DNA from: Octopus sinensis
Lineage: Eukaryota
Assembly (NCBI RefSeq): GCF_006345805.1
Contig: NC_042997.1
Location: forward strand, 137,826,001-137,890,000
Length of the DNA: 64,000 nucleotides
Reading direction: 5' to 3'
Both the position numbers and the translations under genes were made by a program. This document shows positions 14,133-26,383 of this stretch, one piece after another. The first letter of the stretch is position 1. Each line of letters starts with the position of its first letter. The notes beneath the pieces are model-generated. The model was given only the letters and a program-made list of their open reading frames with translations. It ran no database searches and was not told where the DNA came from.

Positions 14133-14262
14133 TATATATATACACACATACATTTATGTATATATATATGTATATATATATACACATACATACATACAAT
14201 ATATACACACACATATATAAATATACATATATATATATATATATATATACACATACATTTAT
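14023..14262. repeat. Compound (TA)n/(CA)n/(CATA)n microsatellite
   Basis: Seen directly. Similar tracts at 10485-10612, 15038-15177, 43020-43070 (GA), 43300-43338, 54420-54560, 54920-55045 and 60283-60322. Confidence 0.95.
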
Positions 14263-15037
14263 GTCTCACTGAGGAGACGACTAGAGACCGAGTCCTCTGG
14301 AAGTGTGCTGTGCGCGAGAAGACCCGGCAGGACAAGTGAGTCCATAACCCGTGGCCTTCTACTTGGGATGGAGCCAGCCTACGTATGCATACCTTCCCTT
14401 CTTGGGACACAAAACTCTACTTATGAAGACCTGTTGAGGCAAGTGAGGATCAGAATCGAAATCGATCAATGGAAATTGCAGATGTGTTACCAGTGCCGGT
14501 GGCATGTCGATACTCTACTTGTGAAGACCCGTTGAGGCAAGTGAGGATCAGAATCGAAATCGATCAATGGAAATTGCAGATGTGTTACCAGTGCCGGTGG
14601 CATGTCGAAACTCTACTTGTGAAGACCCGTTGAGGCAAGTGAGGATCAGAATGGAAATCGATCAATGGAAATTGCAGATGTGTTACCAGTGCCGGTGGCA
14701 TGTAAGAGAACCTTCCGTTTCACGACCGTTGCCAGCACCGCCCCGTTTCGTGTCCGTTGCCAGCCTCACCTGGCCCTTGTGCCGGTGGCACATAAAAAGC
14801 ACCATCCGTTCGTGGCCGTTTGCCAGCTCTGTCTGGCACCTGTGCGGGTGGCACGTAAAAAGCACCCACTACACTCACGGAGTGGTTGGCGTTAGGAAGG
14901 GCATCCAGCCGTAGAAACACTGCCAGATTTGACTGGGCCTGATGAAGCCTTCTGGCTTCACAGACCCCAGTAGAACCGTCCAACCCATGCTAGCATGGAA
15001 AACGGACGCTAAACGACGATGATGATGATGATGATGA
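14263..15037 (+). mobile_element. RTE LINE 3' end (ORF C-terminus plus 3' UTR with 3 x 98-bp tandem unit and (GAT)n tail)
   Basis: [24 protein letters not shown] is followed by units starting at 14414, 14512 and 14610. The same ORF end (DLWKYGVLEKTRQAK*) occurs on the minus strand near 25950-26005. Confidence 0.85.
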
Positions 15038-15144
15038 TATATACACATACATACATATATATAGACACATACATTTATGTATGTATGTATATATATATAT
15101 ATAGATATAGATATATAAGTATAAATATATGTGAATGTGTGTAC

Positions 15145-15177
<33 letters not shown>

Positions 15178-17705
15178 AACAAAATATTCAAACACCAAGG
15201 TTTGAAATAAGATGTTACTACTCTTAATATCATCTGTGGATAAAATTTAAAATTGATGTTATGAAAAGCAGTAACATATATGTGTGTGCGTGCATGTATG
15301 TATGTATATATATAAAATATATATAAATTCTAAAAACAGTAAGTCGTAAGTAGAGACGAGGAGCATCTTTACTTTGTCGCGTTATGCTGAAAAAGAGCTC
15401 TTGATTACCTAAATATTTCCCCTTAATGAAAGCTCTTTTCTCCTTTGGTAGAAACAGGTGATTTTCTCTAAGGAATTTGACAGACATCCTACATTAGAGA
15501 TAATTGCGTGTCCTTATGCGTAAGCGAAATGTATAAGAATCTACGAAAATCACCAAACGTGCTTAAAGAAAATTATGAGAATTTCGTAAGAGCACATTAT
15601 ATTAGAAACGAACATGTTTCGAGAAAAGCATCGTTGTATAGGCACAAAGATAATAGGGAAAACGAAGAGTGCTAATAGTTGGTCACATTCTGCAGTATCG
15701 AGATATCATCAGTATGTGAAAAAAAAAAAAAGTGGGTGGGGGCATTAAGGTGGACACCTACAGTCGGAAGAAGGAAAGGGGAGGACCATAGGACATTTCT
15801 GAGAACAGAATTAGACGAACGTGCATACTATCGAGAACACAAGACTGTCGGCGATGCAGTAACATGTGCAGGATGGATTGTCTATAAAATAGACATTCAC
15901 TCTGCCATGAAGGAAGGAAGGTAACTATGTGGTCGCTTGATCTGCTAGAAATAGCTGCAAGACTTTCTTTAAGTCTTAATGCACTGTTACAAAAAAAAAA
16001 AGTGGGGGGACTGGATAATATAGTTATAAATGACTGAGTTCTTAAATAAATTTCGTTAAAGGTAATCATCAAACAATCTTGTTTCTAATCCTTAATAAGC
16101 TTTATTAAAACTCCGAACGGAAATACAGAGACATCAATAAAGTGATTAATCAAAATGCTAACAAGCAGCTTGTCTGGCTTAGACGATAAACGAACTCCGG
16201 AGAGGTCACTTGTCCTTTAGCACAAGGATATTTTAGAAGGATCTTAAATACCTTCATAACTATATATATATATATATATACGTGCGTGAGTCGTCTAAGG
16301 GTCCATAAGTCATCGAAGATTATGTTTATTAGTTTGTTAAATTATAGCGTACAAATTACGATAGGAATTTTATACCCTTGCCAATCTATCGTGCATTTCA
16401 GACTATACGGCTATATGTATATGAGAGAAATGAATACCAAGTTAGAATGTCTGTGTCTTTCACAAGGACATGATCGATTAATGTGTTTGGTTATATAATG
16501 CTTGGAACGGGCAAAGCAAGATGAAGATAGCGTAACAAGAGATTACTACTGCCATTCATCAAAAATCCTAAAAATTCTTATATACATACATATATTTCTC
16601 TCTCGCTCTAGTTGTTTACAAATGTATAACTATTTTAACATATAAGGCTAATATTTCGAAAGCATCTGCACAAAATTGAAAAGTTGGAAAGTAAATACAG
16701 TTTAAAATATTGATCCCCAAAATCCACTTTTTTAAAATTTAAAGATAGACTCTGCTCTGAGGTTGGCATTAAAAATAAGGCAAGAACACAGGAGAATAGA
16801 GTGTCGAAATATACAATTATTACGCCAATTTAACAAGTTTATCAATTGTCGTTTCCTAGGTAGGATGAAGAGACTGAGAGATCGTGAGGTTCATGCGACA
16901 TACGACTTTTTTAATAAAAAGCTTCAAACACACGGATAAATTAAATTTTATGTCGAGACGACATAAAATTAAATTATCAAGCATCAGGCCAGCTCTGACC
17001 AAGCAAGTTTATGATCGAGCTGTATCCAATCTTATTGAATACTAAGATGGCAGTGTATGAATTGAGGAAATTTGACTGTTCCTTTCATTTATTTTTTTTT
17101 TATTGCCCACAAGGAGCTAAACATAGAAGAGTGAACGATCACAGTCTCCCATGTTGGCTCGGCCTCTTACCATTTGCCGACACAGGGAATCACTAGATTC
17201 CTTGGATTGTGCTATCTTCTATTAATAACTCTATTCACATCAAGGATGCTTTACAAGTATAGTAAATCGATGCCAGTACTTGACTTGTACTCTTTTTGCT
17301 GACATGAATTGTGATTCAGATTTCAAATAAATGATAATTTTTTTTATAGATAAAATTCCTTAGAGTGAGTGAGATGGGGTTAGGTTTGTTATACGATTAA
17401 CATTTTAAAGTAAACATTGTGAAACGATGATCGGAACCGGTTTGCGAACTCGGTTTCACAAGAGTTTACTTCTACTGGTATGTACACGCATCAGTAACCA
17501 CTAGATTTCATCAGAAATCGATTTCGGTTGCTATTTAGTAGTAATATTTGACATTGCCTAGGTATTATTGCAATTATTAAAAATTAACCAATACGAAACA
17601 GAACTGAGAAATGAAGGTTCTTATGAAAATTTTTTGTACTGATATCGCTCTATTCTATTACACATGTTTAAATAGGAACCAAAACGATAAAGAATTTCGA
17701 CTTAC

Positions 17706-17737
17706 TGGAAAGTGTGTTCCGATGTCCATATCCTCAT
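17706..17737 (-). CDS. PRELID3B: First coding exon of a PRELI/MSF1-domain lipid-transfer protein (PRELID3/slowmo homolog); later exons not found, presumably left of the window
   Basis: The minus strand reads atcATG AGG ATA TGG ACA TCG GAA CAC ACT TTC CA|gtaag = MRIWTSEHTF(H/Q). This matches the conserved PRELID3/SLMO N-terminus (human MKIWTSEHVFDHPW) and ends at a canonical GTAAG donor. It lies in a CpG-retaining, promoter-like region. Confidence 0.82.
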
Positions 17738-17794
17738 GATTCGGACGAGTGGTCAGCAGCGACAGAGATGTAGGTAACGCTGAAACCACACTTG

Positions 17795-17836
17795 GCAAAA
17801 TGACGCAACAGTCATGTGACCAGCTCTATTTATAAG
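17795..17836. promoter_or_regulatory. Proximal promoter motif cluster of the PRELID3-like gene
   Basis: TGACGCAA (ATF/CEBP-type, 17801-17808), GTCATGTGAC (M-box/CLEAR-type E-box, 17811-17820) and TATAAATA on the minus strand (17827-17834) lie 65-95 bp upstream of the ATG. Confidence 0.5.
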
Positions 17837-18589
17837 ACTAACAGTAGAGGCAAGAGGAGGGTAGCAAATAAGCAATATCTGCTACATGTACCCTTATATA
17901 TCTATATATCGATAATTTAGACTGAATTTAGGGATATTTTCTGCATTAACTTCACATTTACTAACGGCTGACTTTTCTATAATGTTAAAGAAAGAGAAGA
18001 AAGCAGAAGACAGAGAGAGAGAGAGACAGAGACTGACAGACATAGAGAGATAAGCAGGGAGAGGAAAAGAGGAGGAGAGAAATTCTTTTCTATTAATGTA
18101 TTCATTATTTTCGCTTTTCGCACATTGTCAAAATACATTTAGCGACCTGATGAGTTAGGGAGCCGGTTTCCCTTCCTGATTGTCACTAATTCTCTTCATT
18201 TGTATTGTTAATGCACGTGTTTCCACCGATGTCTACTTTACCTTCCATCCTTTCGAGATCAATAAAATAAGAACCAGTCAAGTACTGAGGCTGATATTAT
18301 CAACCAGCCCCTAACCCCAAAATAATTTCAGGCCTTGTGCCTATAGTAGAAAGGATTGTTTAATGCACGTGAAAAAGGTATGAATATTGCGTAATCTAAT
18401 CACGTTTCTTCTGTATGTGAAACCAAATTAGCTGCACTATTTACCTACAAACAGCATACCCACACACTACCCACATCCACGTGTGTAAGAGCTTCTTCCT
18501 ACTTGTTCAACTTGTTTAGCAGGGAAACCAAAATCTTTCTCAAAATAGAAACCATTCCGTCTTACGATTCTTGTTTTAAAAACAAACAT

Positions 18590-19297
18590 TCAGAATCAGA
18601 TTGGTCTCCTTGTTTAAGTTGGTAAATGCTGTCATAATCCTTACCTTCAGTTCATCTTTGCTGTCACAAGGAGTTTTGTTGGTTCTCTTGCTCAACTGCA
18701 CCTCAAATAATAATCAAGGGGGTTGCAGTCTGGGGAGTTAGCTGGCTAGATGTTAAGGGTGATGTGATCGCAGAAATTGTCTGACAGCCACGACTGGGTT
18801 CACCTGCACGTGTGCCATTGTACAGAGTCCTGTTGCCAGACATAGGGTCTTCCAGCAGCCACCCTCTTGACCCAGAGCAGTACTACCTCCTCCAGGCACT
18901 TGATGTAGGCCTCCGTGTTGAGTCCGAGGTTGTGTGAGAAGATGAATTGAGGCATGACATCACCATCACTAGTGATCACTCCAAACACCATGGTGTTGAC
19001 TGGATGTTTGGTTTTTATCACTCTCAGTACATGCCCTCAGATGCACTATCCTCAGATTTACACCCAAACACTCTGAAATATTTGTATTGGAGCTTCCAGT
19101 GCAAATGCTAAGCATTACAGCATGTCATTTCCAAATTTCTGGCAGAGTGAATTGCGTCATGGTGCTGTTTTTCTCACAGATGGTGCTCAACTGACCCTAC
19201 TATATACAGTGTAGTTGACAAAATCAAAAACAAATAATGCACAGTGTGTGAAATTATAAATATAAAATGGCGACAATTTTCCCATCTCCCCTGTGTA
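18590..19297 (-). mobile_element. Tc1/mariner (DD37D/maT-like) transposon remnant
   Basis: TKHPVNTMVFGVITSDGDVMP..YVWQQDS..HT, then NSPDCNPLDY; TIR-like end near 19265-19297. Confidence 0.85.
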
Positions 19298-19814
19298 TAA
19301 TTATATGTAAAGCTAAGATCCCAGGATCCAGGTGTAGGAAGTAAGCTTTAGGCAGTTCATAGAAGGTATAAAAAAACAACTTTTGGAAACAATAGTGGTT
19401 TATTGATGTAGAAGGTTGTAAATTTTTCCCATATCAAAGTTCAATAATCTGAAAAAAGTTATTTTATAGTTCCCGGTTAGCAACTGGGGTTGCTGTGCAT
19501 GGAGTATATGTGTGAGCACGCACATTTGCTTTGTACTACCAGCGTTTGACAACCTGTCTTGGTTTGTTTATGTCCCTGTAACTTAGCAGTTCATCAAAAT
19601 GTACTGATCGAACAAATATTGCACTTACCAAAATGAGTATTGAGTTGATTTGTTCTACTAAACCCTACCATGAGGTGCCCCGGAATGGCTTCAGTCCAAT
19701 GGCTAAAACTTGTAAAAGATAAGAGACACCTAGCTAAATATATACATGCATAAATGTTGATTACCTTACATTATTTACAATTGACGGATATTTGTCCTCA
19801 TCTTGTTTGTTGTT

Positions 19815-19860
19815 AACACAACGTTTCAGCTGATATACCCTCCAGCCTTCATCAGGTGTC
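19815..19860 (-). ncRNA. Minimal type I hammerhead ribozyme
   Basis: gacac-CTGATGA-a-ggctg-gagggtatat-cagct-GAAA-CG-TT-gtgtt has an intact core, stem I gacac/gtgtt, stem II ggctg/cagct and a palindromic AACGTT stem III. Confidence 0.8.
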
Positions 19861-20113
19861 TTGGGGAAATTTCGAACTTGTGTTCTCATTCTTAAGGTAT
19901 TTTTCGATGTTGTTATTATTATTCTTATTATTCAGGTCTCTGCCTGGAATCGAACTCAGGATCTTGGGGTTAGGAGCCTGCGCTCTTAACCACTATGTCA
20001 TATTCCCACAGGCATATCACGTAGTGGTTAAGACCTGAATAAAAATAATAATAATAATAACAACATCAAAAAATGCCTTAGGAATGAGAACCCAGGATCG
20101 AAATTTCCCCCAA

Positions 20114-20156
20114 GACACCTGATGAAGGCTGGAGGGTATATCAGCCGAAACATGTT
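20114..20156 (+). ncRNA. Second hammerhead copy (stem III/I junction shortened)
   Basis: gacac-CTGATGA-a-ggctg...cagcc-GAAA-catgtt is 3 nt shorter after GAAA than the minus-strand copy. Confidence 0.65.
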
Positions 20157-21713
20157 AACAACAAACAAGATGAGGACAAATATCCGTCAATTGTAAATAA
20201 TGTACATAATTCCTCATGTCTTAAACATAGAACTGTTGATTGCCTTATCTTGTCAAACGATAACCATATAACTTTAATTAAGCTACACACAAAAAATTAA
20301 TAGAGACCCAGAATGTGTTAGTGAAAGATTTATTTAGTTGAACATATGAGGGCAACAACTGCCAGTCAACTCCTGCTTTGTAGAAGCCTGCTTAACCAGG
20401 AGTCAAATTCACCACAGACCAGCTCCCTAGCTAGCCTGCAGCAAAGTTCCTGTCTACAGTTCATCTGTCATAAATCCTTAGGCAGTACCCTACAACTGTC
20501 TCAAGTGAGACATCTGTACTTCACTGGGTTTAAGTGAGAAAAGCTTATACAACATTTCTGTCACTCTCTTAGTTGCCAAAGCAGGTTCCAGAGACAAACA
20601 TTGCAAGATGACTGGTACTATTTTCGCTGTAAGTTTTAAGTCAGAGTATCTTTATTCTAGAAGAGCTGCCTTTCTTACCGCTTTGTCAAAAGCCCTGGGA
20701 GATCTATTTAACCCATAGATGAAACCCTGACTGGTATTACCATTTTGGAGGATCAGAATGGATCTGGGAGAAATGGTAATTAAAGGATAACTCTACTCTT
20801 CTTTTAAATCCAGAACTCCTGCATACCTACATACATACATAGTATGTATGACACACGTCCTAAGTACCAATCTTATAATAATTCTGCTTGTCATTGCATT
20901 ACTTAGCCCATCGGCAATTCTTTCATGTGGTTAGAAAAAAAGAGGGAGAGAGAAATGTCCATGACATGAGGTAGAGAGAATGTAATTGTAATGCTTTCAC
21001 ATGATTAGTTGAAGCGAAAGGGAGGAGAAAGAAAAAGGAGAGAGAAAAAGAGGATAAGGTGAATAATGAGACAGAAAGAGGGAGAGGGAAGTGACCATGA
21101 TGCAAGGTAGGGGGGAATGTAATATTTATTATGTAGTCAAAAAACTTAGTTGAAGGTAGAGGAGGAAAGTTAAAAACATAATTTGAGTAGAGGGGTGATG
21201 TTCTGATGGTGAGATTAAAGAAAGGCAGAGAGGGAAAGAGAGAGATAGGAGGGAGATGATGGTGGTGGTGGAGATGGTGATTGGATAGTGAAAAGTGTAT
21301 TTTTTAAAAATTAAACAAAGGTTTTTATATCACCAATCACTTAATGCATGCGCATAAGTGCAATTCTTTGAAATAATCATGCTTATTTACACGACAGGTA
21401 TATGTAATTTAACTAAAGATTTTATCATATGTATGGGATTTTTTTTTTGTTTATGGGGGAAATGGGAAAATAAGAGTGAATATTTATTTTATGAGTGCTG
21501 TGTATCAAGTTTATAAAATATATAGGCAGTATATATAAAGTGCATTAAGTAATCATTGTATTCTAATTTCCTTCACTTTTCAATGAGTAGCAGACTATCT
21601 TTTGACACAGACATAACACAGGCTACGCTTTCAGATTTTTTGGATAAAGTTTTCAGAAATAACCCAATAGGTTTACCATTAATTTTGTGAAATATTCACT
21701 GGTTCTGCTAGTC

Positions 21714-22420
21714 TTAAGAAACTAAGCTTCTCAAAACCAGAAAGGAGAAAGCTGATTCAAAGACCACAGATTCAAGCCAAATATGTATTCTCATATGCAT
21801 GAGAATACACATATAAAACAAGCATACAAGTCTGTACATGCACTGACTCCAAATACTGCATGTATACAAACATACATGCAAAAATATCCTGCTGATGTTG
21901 AAATTCCAATGAAGAAGCCTTGGATCTAGGTTTCTACAAGTTAACATGCAACACATTATATAATGGTATGCAAGATTTCGTTATGAACCAAGAGAGACTT
22001 TATATCCACTCAGCTAAAGAGTTACATATGTAGTCGCAAGCAAACATAGCTACCCTCTCAGCCCTCACACCCTTGAGCCAGTGGAATAATAAGAATGTGT
22101 CAACTGGAGGAAGAGAGGACCACACCAGCATTTGGTTGGTACTCAATTTTTATAAAAATTTGTAAAACTTTCCAGAAGTTTATTATTTAAGTATATATGC
22201 ACATGTCTAAACATGCAACTATATGCATGAGAATACATATATAAAACAAGCATACAAGTCTGTAATTGCACTGACTTCAAATACTGCACATATACAAACA
22301 TGCATGCAAAAATATCCTGCTGATGTTGAAATTCCAATGAAGAAGCCTTGGATCTAGGTTAAGACTGGCTCTTCTCTATTGACAAGAAATTTTGAAATAA
22401 AACATGACATACATACACAT
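21714..22420 (+). mobile_element. Two R4/Dong-like LINE 3' fragments separated by a duplicated 218-bp local segment
   Basis: 21714-21930 and 22160-22410 are homologous to 24000-24460. 21931-22148 is a copy of 22963-23181. Confidence 0.75.
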
Positions 22421-23739
22421 ATATCTATAAAAAGAAAGAGTTATTGTCACTTGCAAGAGAGATAAGTTGGTAACAAACTATGCTTTCATTAACTGAGGTG
22501 TAGCGAGATCAATTTCTACCATGACAACTAGCCTTTTATATGCTCCACATGCTAATCTTTAATGATTGTTCGACCTATAATGTGAGTTTGGAACATTTGG
22601 TTGAGTCTTGTATTTTGATTGGTTGAGTATTGCATGGGATATGAATCTCAGATCCAATCATGTTGTGCATAATACATTCTAGAATAACTAATCTGAATCA
22701 TTGTTGGAGCCTATGTCTGCCTATATATTGAGTTAACAAAACCTCAATAACTGAAAGGTGAGAAGATTCCAGGGGGACGAGTCATGATATTTTCCTGCTG
22801 TTATAATGAAGAACATGTAACCAATGACAGCCAGAGCTGAATTATCCAAATGATAGATGAACTATACAACCACCAGAATCCGTGATGTGTTTATTTGGTC
22901 CACTGTATAATTTAGCAGAGGAATAAAGTCTTGCTGTTATTTTAAAGTTTATTTCTTGTATGATTTCTACAAGTTAACATGCAACACATTATATAATGGT
23001 ATGCAAGATTTTGTAATGAACCAAGAGAGACTTTATATCCAATCAGCTAAAGAGGTACATATGTAGTTGCAAGCAGACATAACTACTCTCTCAGCCCTCT
23101 CACCCTTGAGCCAGTGGAATAATAAGAATGTGTCAGCTGGAGGAAGAGAGGACTGCACCAGCATTTGGTTGGTACTCAATTCATCTGAGAAATCTGGAAC
23201 ACTGTAAAATGAAGTGCATTGCCCTGTGCCATAATGCACTGCCTAGACCAGTAATTGAACCTGCAACTTTATGATTACGAGCCCAGTTGCCACATACTTA
23301 CGAGTGCATGCATACATACATACACACATACATATATACATGCATACATACATACATGTGATGGTAGTTTCTTGTAGTTTGAGAAAGACGGTTCTACAAT
23401 TTCTTGCTGAAAAACCAGCACAAATGATTTGTTTATAGTGATCAAATGCATGAGCTGAACATTAGCACACTCCCTCCATCAAATCGACATTGCCTGAACA
23501 GGTGCACAATGTTCCACACATCGAGTGTTGAAGTGGTCACAGAGCAATGGGAGATAAAGTGTTTTGGCCAAGAACACAACACAAAATCCAAGCCAGGAAC
23601 TGAAACCACAACCTCGTGATCATTGAGTGCAACACCCTAAACATTAGGCCATATCTGTCGGAAGGATAACCCCCAAGGACAAAGAAATAAGAACCCACTG
23701 TAGGGTGGAAGCCATAGCACTCATAATAAAAAGGAGTAC

Positions 23740-24488
23740 TGGTGGAATGTTCCAGTGAAAACCTCAATAAAATTTAAACACAAAAGACCTGACATAATGA
23801 TTAGGGATCGCAAAGAGAAACTGTGTACTGTTGTAGAAATCAGCTGCCTAGCAGATGATAACATAAAGCTAAAGATCAGCAATAAAAAGAATACCTATGC
23901 TGAACTATTGAGAAATTTACAGTTACTCTACCCAGATTACAAGTTCAGGTTTATACCTGTAATTATTGGGGCACTGGGATATGTACCTAAATACCAATCT
24001 TGAGAAATTAGGCTTCTCAAAATCACAAAGGAGAATGCTGATTCAAAGACAACAGATCCAAGCCATCACTGGAACTGTAAAACTTTCCAGAAGTTTATCA
24101 TTTAAGTATATATGAGCATGTCTAGACATGCAATTATATGAATGAGACTACAAATCTGCACACATACATATGTCATCATCATCATCATCGTTTAACGTCC
24201 GTTTTCCATGCTAGCATGGGTTGGATGGTTCAACTGGGGTCTGGGAAGCCAGGAGGCTGCGCCAGGCCCAGTCTGATCTGGCAGTGTTTCTACAGCTGGA
24301 TGCCCTTCCTAACGCCAACCACTCCGAGAGTGTAGTGGGTGCTTTATACAAAAATACCCTGTTGATGTTGTTGAAATTCCCAAGAAGGAGCCTTGGATTT
24401 AGATTAGAAACCAGCTCTTTCTCTATTGGCATGAAATTTTGAAATAAAGCTGAATAATGACATACATACATACACACATACATACATT
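23740..24488 (+). mobile_element. R4/Dong-like non-LTR element 3' end (restriction-like endonuclease), with an RTE tail inserted at about 24172-24343
   Basis: KHKRPDIMIRDRKEKLCTVVEISC...K..YAEL...IPVIIGALG is the PD-(D/E) REL motif. The element ends in AATAAA and (CATA)n. Confidence 0.85.
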
Positions 24489-25361
24489 ATATATAGGTGT
24501 GTGTATGTATGTATATATGTATGCATGTATATGTGGGTATAGATATGTGTATATAGCTTTTTAATTTTGATTTACAGCTGCAGTGTCTATGTGTAAAAAA
24601 GAGAGAGAGAGAGAGAGAGAGAGTGAGAAAGGGAGGGGAGAAAGAGTGGCTGTTTCCTTTACATGTATGTATACTAGTGTGTGTAATTCCATGTAAGAAC
24701 ATATTCTTTTCAGCCTCTAGCTGATGACATGCTGTGTGAGCTTTTATTACCTGTGTAAAAATGGCGATTTGATGTAATGGGAACGGTGAGCACTATTATG
24801 TCTATAATATATTAGTTATAATCTGATTTGTTTAACCACTAAACGAGTTTAATATAATACAGCAAACTGCAGAAATACATGTGACAAAAATCATTTACTG
24901 TCGCATTTTAATGATATTTAGTATAAGTTACTTCATAAGGCAGCGAGCTGGCAGGATCATTTGCATGCTGGGCAAAACGCTCAGTAACATTTCACACAGC
25001 TTTACGATCTGAGTCCAAATTTCACCAAGGTCAACTTTAGAGCACTGGAGTCAATGTAATCAATTGGCACCCTTTCCTGAAATTGGGCTTGTACAAAAAT
25101 TTTAAACCATTATTATAATTTGTTTATTTAAAAGTGTATTGGATCTTGGGCATTAACTGGGCTAATTGGAGATATCCTGATGCTCATAAAAGTTAAAGGC
25201 AATTCATATCATTAAGAGTAGCATATATTATTTTTACTACTAGGTGACTTTAGTGCAGTACATGATAGCAATTGGAAATCAAACCAATTAAAATAATGTC
25301 AATATAAATGTTATCCACTTTTCATTGCTTCAGATGAGATATTAGCCAGAAAATAATTAAT

Positions 25362-26005
25362 CATCATCATCGTTTAACGTCCGCTTTCCATGCTAGCATG
25401 GGTTGGACAATTTCACTGAGGACTGGCGAACAAGATGGCTACACCAGGCTCCAATCTGATCTGGCAGAGTTTCTACAGCTGGATGCCCTTCCTAATGCTA
25501 ACCACTATGAGAGTGTAGTGAGTGCTTTTACGTGCCACTGGCATGAGGGCCAGTCAGGCAGTACTGGCAACGGCCACGCTCAAATGGTGTTTTTTACGTG
25601 CCACCTGCACAGGAGCCACTCCAGCATCACTGGCAACAACCTTGCTTGAATGTTTTTTCACGTGCCACCAGCACAAGTGCCAGTAAGGTGACGCTGGTAA
25701 CGATCACGCTCGAATGGTGCTTTTTATGTGCCACCAGCACGGAAGCCAGTTAGCTGCTCTGGCAACGATCATGCTCAGAAGGTGCCCTTAGGGCTCCACT
25801 AGCATGGATGCCAGTCATCAAATTTGATTTTGATTTCAATTTCACTTGCCTCAACAGGTCTTCGCAAGCAGAGTTTAGTGTCCAATGAAGGAAAGGTATG
25901 CATAAGTGGGCTGGTTATACCCCTGGCATAAGCCACGAGGTTATGGTCTCACTTGGCTTGCCGGGTCTTCTCAAGCACACCATATTTCCAAAGGTCTTGG
26001 TGACT
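25362..26005 (-). mobile_element. RTE LINE 3' end
   Basis: Reverse-complement homolog of 14263-15037, with a (CAT)n tail on the plus strand. Confidence 0.8.
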
Positions 26006-26383
26006 CTTCTGACAAGGTTATTATTCAGAAAATAATATTATTAAAATTTCTTCTCAGACATTTAAAATTAAATATTTATCGTGGATGACCATCAGTAGTT
26101 ATAAGGAATGAGGAATCAAAAACTTATTTCTGCCAAAGTCTATCCCAATCAAAGTTACATAACATGTGGATAACTTGAAAGGATATTTTTCAGTTACTAA
26201 TGGTGGCATGAGAATCTAGTTACTTTCAATAGCAAAAATATACATTCCTTACTCACACCAAAGAGACACTCCAGCCTGCCACTCTTGATCAAGATGCAAA
26301 TAAGACCAAGTTGTTATTTTCATGAGGAGACTCTGTCACCAATGTCGCATGGATGCTTGGTCAACATTGTTCTGGTGGTTATC

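Larger units (their letters stand above)
19769..20233. mobile_element. Palindromic tRNA-head plus hammerhead-tail element with 14-bp TSD
   Basis: Inverted arms at about 19767-19938 and 20031-20204, with tRNA-like heads back to back in the centre. TSD tgttgatt(a/g)cctta at 19755-19768 and 20234-20247. Confidence 0.85.

Noticed and set aside
13832-14410. Long ORFs rich in YI/IY/HT repeats (also near 1588-2450, 14875-15210 and 54387-55062)
   Set aside because: They are translations of (TA)n/(CATA)n microsatellites and repeat tails, not genes.
1-17700. PRELID3 exon 2 (expected HPWETV...KYPNP)
   Set aside because: No such motif was found by eye on the minus strand. It probably lies outside the window, but I could have missed it.
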